From contig OZ244999.1 in assembly GCA_965223265.1 (NCBI GenBank), forward strand, positions 896,001 to 960,000: a stretch of DNA of 64,000 nucleotides. Direction: 5' to 3'. Below the pieces are notes generated by a model. That model saw only the letters and a program-made list of their open reading frames with translations. It made no database searches and was not told the origin of the DNA. Position 1 is the first letter of the stretch. Each line of letters begins with the position of its first letter. Shown piece by piece: positions 17,814 to 27,857 of this stretch. Origin of the DNA: Planctomycetota bacterium (GTDB lineage Bacteria; Planctomycetota; UBA8108; SXIK01). A program made the position numbers and the translations under genes.

Positions 17814-20800
17814 TCACTCGCAACGCAGGCCGTCGGGAGTCGGGTCGATCCCGGGTTCGTTGTACGGTTCGGCCGGAGGATCACCCGCGACGAAGAGGTG
17901 GCGGAGGAGTTGAATGGCGTCGCTGATGTCCAGCACGCCGCCGTCATCGATGTCTGCGGCTTTTTCGCAGCGCGGGGCTGGCTGCCCTGAGAATAGATGG
18001 TTGAGGAGACGTAGGGCATCGGCGAGATCGATCACGCCATCCCCGTTGATCTCGCCGCGGCGAAAGGTGGTCGGCAACTCCTCAAATGCCTTGACGCGAT
18101 AGATCTCGGCGGCGCCGCTTGAGGTCTCGGCGATCGCCACCAAGTCTGACCCTTCGACGGCGATGCCGGTGATGCCGCCCGAGCTGTCTATATGGCCGAC
18201 GGGGATGCGGACACCGGTGAGCTCGCCCGCCAGCGACATCTCTTGGACAAACGTGACATGCCGATCCTTGCGATCCGAGGTGGTGAAAAACAATGTGCCG
18301 CGCTGCGCCGAGAAATCGACGCCAAGATTGAAAATGAAATTGCGAAACGGCGGGTCCGGATGGGCGAATTCGCGGAGCAACTGCCCATCTGGGCTCATCT
18401 CTACGAATGTGTTCGAGTTGCGTCCCAAGTAGTAATACGAGTCGGTTGTCGAGCTCCACGTCAGACCGGTGGGGAACGTCACGAATGGCCCGGTCGGGCG
18501 CGGCGTCAAAATGATCTGATCCGACTTGCGCTCTCCGTCCATTGTGTCGGTGATGAAGCGGAATTCTTCTCGTCCGATCAGATCCAGGCTGGGGTTGCGA
18601 ATTCCGGCGATGTAGGCCAGCTCTCGATCGTCGCCCTGAATCTGTCGAATAGCGAACGTGAAGATCTTGAGTGGGGCGGGCACGGACGTGTCGAGCGATT
18701 CAATGAATCGAAAGTTGCGGTCGAACACGAAAAGCCTGCGCTCGTCGCCAACGCGGTTTGCCCAGACGTAAATGCGTCCGTCAAACGGATCAATCGCCAT
18801 CTGCTCCGGACGTGCCACTGGCCACAAACTCGCACGGATCAGCACTGCTCCGGGTCCAGTCTGAAGAGAGGAGTGCGCGAAGTCGCTGCTCTCCGCGCCG
18901 CGTACTCCACGTAGCCGGTAGTTGTGGAATCCGGAGGCGACGTTGAGATCAGTGGCTGACTCTGCATCGCCCGGAAGATCGCTCACCTTGGCGCAGTCAC
19001 GAAAGAGCTCCAAGCGGTCGTAGCCCCCCGGGTTGGTGAATGAGAAGTGGACATCGTTCTTGTAGCCGGGCTGCTGGCTGCTGAAGAACGTTGGCGGTTG
19101 TACGCTCGAAAGCACCGATCGGGTATGAATCAGCTGCGGGATGCGGGCAGTTACAGGGATAGTGAGGAGATTCTGTCCATCCGGAAGCGCCGCGAACGTC
19201 ACGCCCGACGTTCCTGCTGCTTCCCGCACGCCCCGCAGCGAGATCTCTGAGCCGGGCACGCTCGCGCCGCTCGACTTATCGACGCGTAGGATGTGGAGCT
19301 GGCGACCGCGGGAAGAAAACGTCCCGCCGCTGACGTAGAGCTGGTTTGGCTCGCCGGGCACTCCGTCGATGCCGCTCGCTGAGATGCCGCCAAGGTCGAC
19401 CCCGACTGGACGCGCTTCCGCCGCCAGGTAGGGGTGCGGAATCGCGTTGAGAACCGTACCGTCGAGCGCGACTTCATAGAGAACATCGGCGACTGATTCC
19501 ACAACCCAAATCGACCCGGCACCGTTCGCACCGTTCGCGTCGAACGTCAGCCCAAGGCCGAATCCGAGATCGGGGGGATCATCTGGATCCGCCAAATCCG
19601 GTAGCTGGAGGTCGATGATCGCATCGAGCGCGCCGACCGCCTCGAGCTTTCCGAGCTTTGACTGAGTCGCGTTGAGCACATAAATCGTGTCGTCTCGGGT
19701 GTCGATCGCAACTCCCGTGAGAAAATCTCCCGGCATGAGGAATTGCGGATCCATAGTGATGGTCTCGAGGTTGGTTAGGTCGGTGTCCAGGATGTGGACG
19801 ACGCCCGCTCGAGCCTCTGTCAGCACGACGAATCCAAGACTCGAGAGAGCGATGTCGACGTAGAGACCGGAGGGGAGCTGCGTGATGTTCTCGACCTGAC
19901 CCGGGCCGACGACGGCTGTACACTCGAGGGCACGGACGGCGGACTCGCCGTTGACGATGGGGCTCACGCGGAGGTCGTAAACGCCGTCCGGAAACGCTCT
20001 GCTCCACTGCGCTGCGTCGCCCGGCAACACATCGAGGCGTTCGCAGCCGTGCCAAATCTCAATGCTGTCGAACCCACCGTCGAAGTTCGTCCATGTGAGC
20101 CGGGCTTCGCTTTGCACCACCACGCACTCAAGATTTCGGACCTCGCGTTGAGGGGGAGGGCCTGCTTCGAGTAGGATCAGCTCGGCGTTGGACTCGACGA
20201 CGCAAACGAAGACGTCTTCGTTCGCACCGCTCTGTGGGTTGCGGAGTGTGCGCCGAACCACACCGCTGATACTGCCTCCCGCTTCGCAAGCGGAGACCGC
20301 GACCCCCGAGTATGTGCCGTCGACGTTGAGCCGCAGGATCGCTTCACCATCCGGCGGGCCGCCGGTGACGTAGAACCCGGCGAGCTGGTTGGCCTCAAAG
20401 ATCAGGTCGATGCCGCCTGCAGTCGACGCCTTGAGTCCGGTGCCTGGAAAGCCGTCGGGGTCGTCCGGATGCTCGAACGTCCGCAGGATGTTGCCGCTGA
20501 GATCGAACTCATAGATGAGAGTGCTATTGAATTCAACGGCGTACAGCGAGCCGTTTCGATTGTTTCCCGTCGGGTCGAAGGCGAGGCCGCGGAAAAACCT
20601 GCCGCCGCCTGACACCACCTGAAGTTGGAACGCGCGACCAGTGAGTTCGCCGGTTCTGTCGATCTCGGTGACGACGGTGCCGATGCCGCCGGTGACGAAA
20701 AGTGTGTCGTCGAGACTGTTGTACGCAATTCCAGTCGTGAAGCCGTTGGGTGCTGGGGAATTGATTGGATCGTCGAGCTGCGTCGACAAATCGGCAGAGT

Positions 20801-21098
20801 AGTGTTCGATGGAATCGTCGAGAAAAGACGTCACCCAAAACGTGCCGTCTTGGTCCTGGGTGAGGTCCTGAACTCCAACGCTCGCGGGTACGCCACGTAT
20901 GAGATCGCCCGGCAACGCATCCAGGGGGCTTTGGCCGTAGCACGCAAGAGCGACGAGCGCACACAGTAGTGTGGGACACGCGGCGCGCGGTTTGTCACCT
21001 GAGATGCCACCTGGAGCAAGGCCTTGACCATGATTCGGCGGCGCGTTCACGTTCGTCAAACATGGTTGATCGGCGATGCTCCATCCGACGATTCTCAT
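17814..21098 (-). CDS. large secreted beta-propeller/Ig-like repeat protein with C-terminal dockerin-like domain
   Basis: Signal-like LLCALVALACYG; repeated propeller-like blocks separated by Fn3-like segments ending GPG; C-terminus FRRGEINGDGVIDLADA...CEKAADIDDGG. The ORF-track 5' extension overlaps the next gene, so the start was moved (approximate). Confidence 0.75.
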   Translation of the reverse strand: MRIVGWSIADQPCLTNVNAPPNHGQGLAPGGISGDKPRAACPTLLCALVALACYGQSPLDALPGDLIRGVPASVGVQDLTQDQDGTFWVTSFLDDSIEHYSADLSTQLDDPINSPAPNGFTTGIAYNSLDDTLFVTGGIGTVVTEIDRTGELTGRAFQLQVVSGGGRFFRGLAFDPTGNNRNGSLYAVEFNSTLIYEFDLSGNILRTFEHPDDPDGFPGTGLKASTAGGIDLIFEANQLAGFYVTGGPPDGEAILRLNVDGTYSGVAVSACEAGGSISGVVRRTLRNPQSGANEDVFVCVVESNAELILLEAGPPPQREVRNLECVVVQSEARLTWTNFDGGFDSIEIWHGCERLDVLPGDAAQWSRAFPDGVYDLRVSPIVNGESAVRALECTAVVGPGQVENITQLPSGLYVDIALSSLGFVVLTEARAGVVHILDTDLTNLETITMDPQFLMPGDFLTGVAIDTRDDTIYVLNATQSKLGKLEAVGALDAIIDLQLPDLADPDDPPDLGFGLGLTFDANGANGAGSIWVVESVADVLYEVALDGTVLNAIPHPYLAAEARPVGVDLGGISASGIDGVPGEPNQLYVSGGTFSSRGRQLHILRVDKSSGASVPGSEISLRGVREAAGTSGVTFAALPDGQNLLTIPVTARIPQLIHTRSVLSSVQPPTFFSSQQPGYKNDVHFSFTNPGGYDRLELFRDCAKVSDLPGDAESATDLNVASGFHNYRLRGVRGAESSDFAHSSLQTGPGAVLIRASLWPVARPEQMAIDPFDGRIYVWANRVGDERRLFVFDRNFRFIESLDTSVPAPLKIFTFAIRQIQGDDRELAYIAGIRNPSLDLIGREEFRFITDTMDGERKSDQIILTPRPTGPFVTFPTGLTWSSTTDSYYYLGRNSNTFVEMSPDGQLLREFAHPDPPFRNFIFNLGVDFSAQRGTLFFTTSDRKDRHVTFVQEMSLAGELTGVRIPVGHIDSSGGITGIAVEGSDLVAIAETSSGAAEIYRVKAFEELPTTFRRGEINGDGVIDLADALRLLNHLFSGQPAPRCEKAADIDDGGVLDISDAIQLLRHLFVAGDPPAEPYNEPGIDPTPDGLRCE

Positions 21099-21379
21099 GC
21101 CGACTCCGATTCTCCAAGCCGTGTTCGTCCACAGCCCTTTTTTCTTGGGTGCGGAATTCGATTCACCGTCAGACGCAGTTTTTACGCAATTCCTAGGCGA
21201 TCTTACCGGTCGTTCCGATTCGGTGCAAGATACGTTGCACCTACCATGCAGCTCGGCAGAAGCTAGCCTAGCTGCCCCTCGAACGAATCGATCGTGCCAC
21301 CTCCCAAGTGCGCACTGGCTTGGTCTATCGGCCGTCGGCTGCCGCGGGCTGCCAAAACGGCGATTGTTTGACCAGGCTG

Positions 21380-22858
21380 CTAGCGCTTCGTGAACGTGCG
21401 CCGCAAGAACCGAAGTGCCCGAACGCGAAGGCTCGCGAGGTGTGGGTTGACGGGCACTTGGAGCGTCTCGGGCCAAAAGTGCTCGAGCACGCGGTAGAAA
21501 AACGGGAAGTTGGGAAGTTGGCGCAGTGGCCGCGGTGCGGAGAGACCGGACTCCAAGAGAGCTCGGCAGTTGAATGGATGAAACGACTCCTGCACCAGGT
21601 CGAGTTCCGTCGTTCCTTGGGCGAGCCAACCGGCGGCACGCTGTTCCCAGTAGTACAGGTCGAGCGGTTCATAGCCGAAGTCGTCGTAGATCGTTGCCAT
21701 CTCGTTCAGCCAACGTTCGAGATCATCGAGAAGACGATCCGTCTCGTGCAGGTGGGCACGGTGACACATGTCGCCTACGGCGATTTTGCGTTCGGGGTCA
21801 CGACTGCCGGCCATGTACACCTGACAAATCTCAGCACAATGCCCTTTCACCGCCATCGTGTCCGCGTACTTGGATTCCAGAATCGCGTATGCCAGCGGGG
21901 CGTAGCCTTCGTGCGCGAGAGATGAGTGTTGCTGGTAGGTGTTCCAAAACTCCTCCGAAACCTGCTCCGGGCATTGCAAGATGTCGTGCGTCAGGCCGAG
22001 CTTTGGAAATAGCTTCTGCGGCACCCACAGGTCGTCTTGCAAATCGCTCAGACCTTGAAAGCTGAGCGTGTAGTAGCCGACGACGCTCTCTCCCAAATCC
22101 CTCGTGAGTGCCAACAGCGTGCGCGAATCGAGTCCGGCTGTCATTGGCACGGATAGGGGGAAACGCGCGGCCGCCGCGTCCATGAGACCTTTGAGTAACT
22201 CGGTGTACGTCGCGAACGCGTCGTCCACCGGTGCCGACGGGCATTGGCGAACCGGCCAGAATCGACTCACGCTTTGGGGACCCAAACGAAGCACGTGGTT
22301 CGGCTGCAAGCGGAGTACATCGGCGTATTCGCTCCATCCACATGGAAGCCAGTGTTCGCGATCGTGGTGCTTCTGGCCGGCTATGAACTCGTCGACGTGT
22401 GGATCGCGACTCAGACCCAGCTCTTCGTCTAAGAGAATCGGGTCGGCCGCGCACGCCACGCCTGCGTTGCCGCGCGAATAGGAGGAAGTGGTGTAGTAGA
22501 CGGGCCGGAGTCCGCAGGTGTCATTGAGGATTTGGATTTCGCCACCGAGGTTCACGATCATCACCCAGCGTCCACCGAAGACGCCTGTCGCCTCGTCGAG
22601 AGCGGCTCCTGTGCGAAGACGCTCAAGAACTCGGCGCGCTATGCCGGCATCTGTCTCATGCACGTTGAGGGGATCGAGCGCGAACCCTAACACCACCAAC
22701 TCGTCGCTTTCGATGGTCGCTTTGGTGGCAGCAAGGTCTGCGGCAGCGTAAACGTGGTAGGGACCGATCGACAGATACTGCCACTGGTCGATTTGCGGGA
22801 GTTTCTTCGGCCGCTCGGTACTGAGATACCAGTGACGGCGATGTTTCAGTCTGTTCAT
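21380..22858 (-). CDS. hypothetical protein with asparagine-synthase-like (N-type ATP pyrophosphatase) features
   Basis: GGRW...[11 protein letters not shown] and [12 protein letters not shown] (SGGxDS-like PP-loop); PFNCR near the C-terminus. Start MNRLKH at 22858 is inferred. Confidence 0.65.
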   Translation of the reverse strand: MNRLKHRRHWYLSTERPKKLPQIDQWQYLSIGPYHVYAAADLAATKATIESDELVVLGFALDPLNVHETDAGIARRVLERLRTGAALDEATGVFGGRWVMIVNLGGEIQILNDTCGLRPVYYTTSSYSRGNAGVACAADPILLDEELGLSRDPHVDEFIAGQKHHDREHWLPCGWSEYADVLRLQPNHVLRLGPQSVSRFWPVRQCPSAPVDDAFATYTELLKGLMDAAAARFPLSVPMTAGLDSRTLLALTRDLGESVVGYYTLSFQGLSDLQDDLWVPQKLFPKLGLTHDILQCPEQVSEEFWNTYQQHSSLAHEGYAPLAYAILESKYADTMAVKGHCAEICQVYMAGSRDPERKIAVGDMCHRAHLHETDRLLDDLERWLNEMATIYDDFGYEPLDLYYWEQRAAGWLAQGTTELDLVQESFHPFNCRALLESGLSAPRPLRQLPNFPFFYRVLEHFWPETLQVPVNPHLASLRVRALRFLRRTFTKR

Positions 22859-23230
22859 CCGAAAAGTCTCAACCGACTCTTGACCACTCGAGTTCGGCGT
22901 TCTTCTTACACCCGAGGCAAACGTGCGTCTACAGGAATCGTCCACATCTTTCTTTCGGACGCGAACGTCTCGACGTGGCTTTTCGAACCAGCTAAAATAG
23001 TGAATTGGTGGTTCGGCTCCGTTGCGTGCGGCTGCGCTCATCACGGCACGCATTCGTCGGAGACTTCCGTCATGACCTCAGTGCCTGCAGCAGTGGCGAG
23101 CAAGTCTCGCGAGCAGGAATGGCGCGTTCGGCACCGAACGAATGTATTCTTACGGTCACTTTGTTGCTGCAGACCGTGTTGCAGTCCGTTTCGCCCCAGA
23201 CACTGGGACGAGTCTTCTTGTGAGCTTTGC

Positions 23231-24334
23231 ATGGGCAACGTATTTGGCAAGTTGTTCACCATCTCTACCTGGGGCGAGTCACACGGCGCCGGAGTCGGAG
23301 TCGTGATCGATGGCTGTCCGCCTCTGGTTCCGATCGTCGAGACTGAGATCCAAGCGGAACTCGCTCGGCGCCGGCCGGGCCAAAGTCGCATCACCACGCA
23401 GCGAAGTGAGGCGGACGCGGTCGAGATTCTTTCGGGAGTTCAGGAGGGCGTCTCCACGGGTGCACCCATTGCCCTTCTCGTTCGGAATCAAGACGCGAAG
23501 TCATCGGCTTACGATCACCTGCGCGATCTCTATCGTCCCTCGCACGCGGATTTCACCTACCAGCAGAAGTATGGCATCCGTACCTGGGAGGGAGGCGGTC
23601 GATCGAGCGCGCGCGAGACGATCGGGCGCGTCGCGGCCGGGGCGATCGCGCGGCGTATTCTGGCCGATGCCCATGGTGTCGAAATCGTCGCGTACGTGAC
23701 CCGCGTCCAGGATATCAGCAGCAATGTTGACACTGCGTCGGTCGGGCGGCGGGAGGTGGAGCAGAGCGCCGTCCGTTGTCCCGATCCTGCCGCGGCTGAC
23801 GAGATGATCGCGCGCATTGAGTCGGTGCGCAAGGATGGAGACTCCGTCGGAGGTGTCATCGAGCTTGTGGTCCGGAACGTCCCGGTGGGCCTCGGAGCAC
23901 CGGTGTTCGATCGCCTCGAAGCGGACCTAGCAAAGGCGATGCTATCCCTACCGGCGACGAAGGGGTTTGAAGTTGGATCCGGGTTTGACGGCACCCTTCT
24001 GACGGGAAGTCAACACAACGATCCCTTCTATACGGATGCGGAGGGTCGGGTTAGAACGCGGACGAACCGATCCGGAGGGGTGCAAGGTGGAATCTCGAAC
24101 GGCGAAGCCATCGTTGCACGGATCGCTTTCAAGCCAACTGCTACGGTCAATAAGCCGCAAGAGACGGTCACCGTCGCCGGTGAGGCGACGACGCTGCGGG
24201 CGAAGGGACGACACGATCCGTGCGTCCTGCCGCGAGCGGTGCCGATGGTCGAGGCGATGGCCGCTCTTGTGCTCGTGGATCATTGGCTGCGCCACCGTGC
24301 CCAGTGCGGCGAGCGGCGTGCCGAGCCGGAGTAG
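23231..24334 (+). CDS. aroC: chorismate synthase
   Basis: [41 protein letters not shown] signatures. Confidence 0.97.
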   Translation: MGNVFGKLFTISTWGESHGAGVGVVIDGCPPLVPIVETEIQAELARRRPGQSRITTQRSEADAVEILSGVQEGVSTGAPIALLVRNQDAKSSAYDHLRDLYRPSHADFTYQQKYGIRTWEGGGRSSARETIGRVAAGAIARRILADAHGVEIVAYVTRVQDISSNVDTASVGRREVEQSAVRCPDPAAADEMIARIESVRKDGDSVGGVIELVVRNVPVGLGAPVFDRLEADLAKAMLSLPATKGFEVGSGFDGTLLTGSQHNDPFYTDAEGRVRTRTNRSGGVQGGISNGEAIVARIAFKPTATVNKPQETVTVAGEATTLRAKGRHDPCVLPRAVPMVEAMAALVLVDHWLRHRAQCGERRAEPE

Positions 24335-24430
24335 ACGTCGCCAGCATACTGCCTGGAATCCGCTGCACGTCGCTGTTGCGACCGCAGTGCGCGGCAGGCA
24401 GAAGTGAACAGCAGAGGCGCTCGATAAACA

Positions 24431-25066
24431 TTGAAGTCGTTGCCCCCGTTGATGTTGATCTCGGACGCCGGTCGCATTGGAGTTGAACGGTTTGTCTCCA
24501 TGCTTCCGTCGCTTTGGGGGGCTGGACTGCGCCTTCTTCAGATCCGCGAGCCCGAGATGTCGTCGCGTGAGCTCGATCTTCTCATCGCGCGCATTCACGA
24601 CACCGCACCCGAGGAGGCTGTCCTCGTCGTCAACGGATCGATCGATCTGGCTCACGCTCATAAGCTGCATGGCGTTCATCTGCGTGGAAACCAACTCGAA
24701 CTCATCGAGACCGCCCGCGCCAGGCTCGGCGACAGCTACCTGGTCGGCTTTTCGGCACACGGCGACGATGCCAAGACGGCGGGAGCAAGAGGCGCTGACT
24801 ATGTCACGTTCGCGCCTGTCTTCGAGCCGCTTTCGAAGACGCGAGCCGCACCGCCAAGGGGAATCGACAGCCTACAGAAGGTGTGCGAAGGTGTGCCGAT
24901 TCCGGTCTACGCACTTGGAGGCTTGAATGCACGACGGACGCGGCGAGTGCGTCTCTTGAGCGCTGCTGCCGGCGTCGCAACGATCGGCGCTGTTCTCGAT
25001 GCCCCAGACCCCGCTCGTGCGGTTGGCGAGCTCCTAGCGGCGTGGATCGGAGATGACGCGATGTGA
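24431..25066 (+). CDS. thiE: thiamine phosphate synthase (ThiE/TenI family)
   Basis: LQIRE, VVNG, GVHL, GFSAH, ADYVTFAPVF..SK, PVYALGG; may be TenI-like. Confidence 0.75.
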   Translation: MKSLPPLMLISDAGRIGVERFVSMLPSLWGAGLRLLQIREPEMSSRELDLLIARIHDTAPEEAVLVVNGSIDLAHAHKLHGVHLRGNQLELIETARARLGDSYLVGFSAHGDDAKTAGARGADYVTFAPVFEPLSKTRAAPPRGIDSLQKVCEGVPIPVYALGGLNARRTRRVRLLSAAAGVATIGAVLDAPDPARAVGELLAAWIGDDAM

Positions 25067-25077
25067 GCCCTCGGCGC

Positions 25078-25743
25078 CTAGGAGAATCGGAGGCAGCAGC
25101 GTGCCTCGCGGCGTTCGAGTGTTGCGAGCACGATGGCGGCACCGATTCCTGCGCAGTGGGAGCCGGCTAGGTACTCGACCCCGAAGGCGGAGTCGAGCGC
25201 CGCAGCACTGACGAGCCAACCGCTGTGGACATATTCAAGCGCTGACTTCAGCGCCAGGCCAGCGCACAGAATCGCGCCCAAACGAGGCGAGAGGAGCTGG
25301 GCATGCGTTTCTGGATGTGGGTTCTCCCTGCCCGCATCTACCTCTGGGGTCGCTCGAGTCAGCAGCGACAGTGTGATCAGGCCATAGACGACTCCGGAGA
25401 GGCCGCAGTAGGTCGCCCAGCTTGACTCAACGTGGAGGATGCGGATGCCGGCGGCAACCGCAATGGCGAGCGCACAAAGCTCGATACTATAGCGGCGACA
25501 CCCAACGCGCCGCTCGCGAACGACGCCGAGCGGCACGAAGAGCATCAGGTTGAACAGTAGGTGGTAGTGTGTCGCATGCACGAGGTGCCCCGTCAGCGGG
25601 CGCCAGACGTCGTGACCTCGGGCACGCACGTCGATCAACAGAGTCGATAGTTGCGGCACAAGGAGGCTGACGGTCGCCACCGACGCTAGGAGGATCGTCG
25701 CGGGGGCGCTCCGCACCAGCCCGCGGCTTCCACTGAGTCTCAT
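25078..25743 (-). CDS. rhombosortase-like rhomboid intramembrane serine protease
   Basis: WRPLTGHLVH, HLLFNL, YCGLSG (catalytic Ser), SHCAG (catalytic His); ATGA overlap with a GlyGly-CTERM gene. Confidence 0.85.
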   Translation of the reverse strand: MRLSGSRGLVRSAPATILLASVATVSLLVPQLSTLLIDVRARGHDVWRPLTGHLVHATHYHLLFNLMLFVPLGVVRERRVGCRRYSIELCALAIAVAAGIRILHVESSWATYCGLSGVVYGLITLSLLTRATPEVDAGRENPHPETHAQLLSPRLGAILCAGLALKSALEYVHSGWLVSAAALDSAFGVEYLAGSHCAGIGAAIVLATLERREARCCLRFS

Positions 25744-27065
25744 CCGAGGCGACGGGCCGTGCGTCGCGACTGCCAGCGTGCGCCGCCGTAGGCGAGGACC
25801 GCAAGCACGATCAGTGATGGGTCCACCGGCCCTCCACCGCTGCTACCTCCGCCTCCTCCTCCGCCGCTCGGCGGTGGCGTGGACCCGCCGCTACCAGGAT
25901 CTGTGGTCGTTGACAGGCAGCCGACAGCGGCGAGGTGATTCGCGATCTGTGTCTTACTCTCGGCGCTGTATTCGTCGAGGTTCGAAGAGCTCACGCTTTG
26001 ATACATGACGTAGCGAGGCGAGGATCCAGACGGATCGTGCTGCGCGTTCAAATTGTGACCCATTTCGTGCGCCACGAGAATTGGCATGATCGCCTTCGTG
26101 GCCAAGTCTTGGGAGAGTCCGAACGCCCATGGCAGATTGCAGAGCACGCCACGAAAAGCGATGCCGACGACCGTGCCGTCGAGGTCTTTCCCCGTGAAGA
26201 GATGGACCGCATCGCGGGCGATGGCGGCGTTGTTGGTATTCCAATGGTCTTGGAGTTCGTCGAGCAGCAGATCGGGATTGGTCTGGGTGTACGGTTCGGC
26301 TGCGTCTTGGTAGATGTTGAAATGAACGACCTCTATGGTGACGCCGAGCTCGGATTGGAAGATCCCGTCGACCTCGTTAAGGACCGCGTCAATTTCTGAC
26401 TGTGTCGAACTGCCGTAGCGTGTGAAGTAGGCGAAATCAACTTCCACGGCGAGTTCCAGGACCTTGAAGTCAGCGGTTTCGGCCTGCGGCTCGTCGTCGG
26501 CGGAAGAGGATTGGGGTGCTGTTGCGGTGGAGTTCACTTGGGAGTCGTCTGCGACGGGGTGCTCAGGGCTCGTTGCACACGAGCCGACCTCGACAGCGTC
26601 GAGATCTCCGTCGGTGTACACCATGTGGGCGCCGGCGAAGGAAGCTTGTGGCTGCGGGCGGATGAAAGTCCAACCTGCCGAGCTCTTGACGTAGCCACGC
26701 ACTCCATTGTCCGTGAGCGAAATGCGGACGACGCTGCTGTCAGGCTCGTCGACCAAATGGCCGCGAAAGAGGCGCGAGCGCTCTTGAAACGTGCGTCGCG
26801 TGCGCCCGTGTTCAGTGATCGTCTGTCGGAAACGTGCCGAGCGAAGGTCAACGGGCTCGAGGAGGACTTCATGAGACGCGTCGAAGAAGTAGAGCGCGCA
26901 GGGGCGACCCTCGTACGCTGCCGTTTCGATTTCATCGGGATCGAAAGCCTCGAGGTCGTAACGCGGTGGTTCTCCCTCGGCAACGGCAGTGGAACACATC
27001 GCGACTGCAAGCAGGCACTGCGCGAAGCGGCAGCTCAGACGTCGCTGCAGGTTCCTGAAACCCAT
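25740..27065 (-). CDS. M12B (reprolysin-like) zinc metalloprotease with GlyGly-CTERM sorting signal
   Basis: Signal peptide, prodomain with GSCAT cysteine-switch-like segment, AHEMGHNLNAQHD zinc motif, Met-turn YVM; tail SGGGGGGGSSGGG-PVDPSLIVLAVLAYGGA-RWQSRRTARR. Confidence 0.9.
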   Translation of the reverse strand: MGFRNLQRRLSCRFAQCLLAVAMCSTAVAEGEPPRYDLEAFDPDEIETAAYEGRPCALYFFDASHEVLLEPVDLRSARFRQTITEHGRTRRTFQERSRLFRGHLVDEPDSSVVRISLTDNGVRGYVKSSAGWTFIRPQPQASFAGAHMVYTDGDLDAVEVGSCATSPEHPVADDSQVNSTATAPQSSSADDEPQAETADFKVLELAVEVDFAYFTRYGSSTQSEIDAVLNEVDGIFQSELGVTIEVVHFNIYQDAAEPYTQTNPDLLLDELQDHWNTNNAAIARDAVHLFTGKDLDGTVVGIAFRGVLCNLPWAFGLSQDLATKAIMPILVAHEMGHNLNAQHDPSGSSPRYVMYQSVSSSNLDEYSAESKTQIANHLAAVGCLSTTTDPGSGGSTPPPSGGGGGGGSSGGGPVDPSLIVLAVLAYGGARWQSRRTARRLG

Positions 27066-27496
27066 GTCTCTCCTCCATCTTTACGATCTGCTCACTCCCC
27101 CCAACCGAGCACGATTTGCGACTGGGGACAGCCGGCTCGAACTCTCTCCCCTGGTACGATGAAGGCGAGTGGCCTGTCACCGGAGACTTCGAGTCGGGAG
27201 GATAGGACGCAACCTCCGTGCCGCTCGCTACAGTTGATGTTTAAGCTGTGTGGGGAGAGTTGTTTGCAGCCTCTGCGAGAATCTGGCGCTCGGCTCCTGG
27301 GCTAGGTAGAACCTTCGCAGTCGGTAGAATGTACCCGCCGAGGCCGCCGCTGACGTTCCGAGATGGAACGGCAGAGAACTGTGGTAGAATGCCCTTCCTG
27401 CCGATCACGGTCTCCTGATCTCTCGCCTTGGCAGCGGCTCTCCCCGTCGGGCGCCGAAGTTGATCTGGTTCTCAAAGCTCAAGAAGGATCCTCAGC

Positions 27497-27730
27497 ATGC
27501 TGGGAGCTGTTTATCTCGTTTTTGCAGCAGTCGCTTTTGTCGGCTGGATATTTCACCATTCGTATCGCGACTGGACGTGGCTCCAGGAGCGGTGCGCCGC
27601 GTGGTTCGGCGAGAACTTTGACCCGGACTATCTTGCGTTACCGAATGAGTTTTGGGGGGCCCTTCTCTTGGGGCTCGGATTGGCGCTGGCGCTGGAAGGA
27701 TTCGCGAAGATCAGAGCCGCTCGCGTGTAA
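27497..27730 (+). CDS. small two-TM membrane protein
   Basis: Two hydrophobic helices; AAGGA RBS upstream. Confidence 0.55.
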   Translation: MLGAVYLVFAAVAFVGWIFHHSYRDWTWLQERCAAWFGENFDPDYLALPNEFWGALLLGLGLALALEGFAKIRAARV

Positions 27731-27857
27731 GCGTGCGCTTCGGGGATCTGTCGGGCAATGTGCGTTGCGGCGTGAACAGCGGCAGCGCGGGGTCCCGCGT
27801 GTGGCGCCGTCGACGCGCGGGAGGATCTCTCGATCAGCGCTGCAGGACTGCAGGACT

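Noticed and set aside
21099-21629. Long N-terminal extensions in the ORF track (also on aroC, glcF, glcD, the phosphoesterase and the dipeptidase)
   Set aside because: Low-complexity, Arg-rich, often overlapping neighbouring genes; typical high-GC open-frame artefacts, so starts were moved.
27305-27391. Repeated ggtagaa(tg) motifs
   Set aside because: Probably tandem TAGAAT -10-like boxes or chance; no supporting -35 or other structure.
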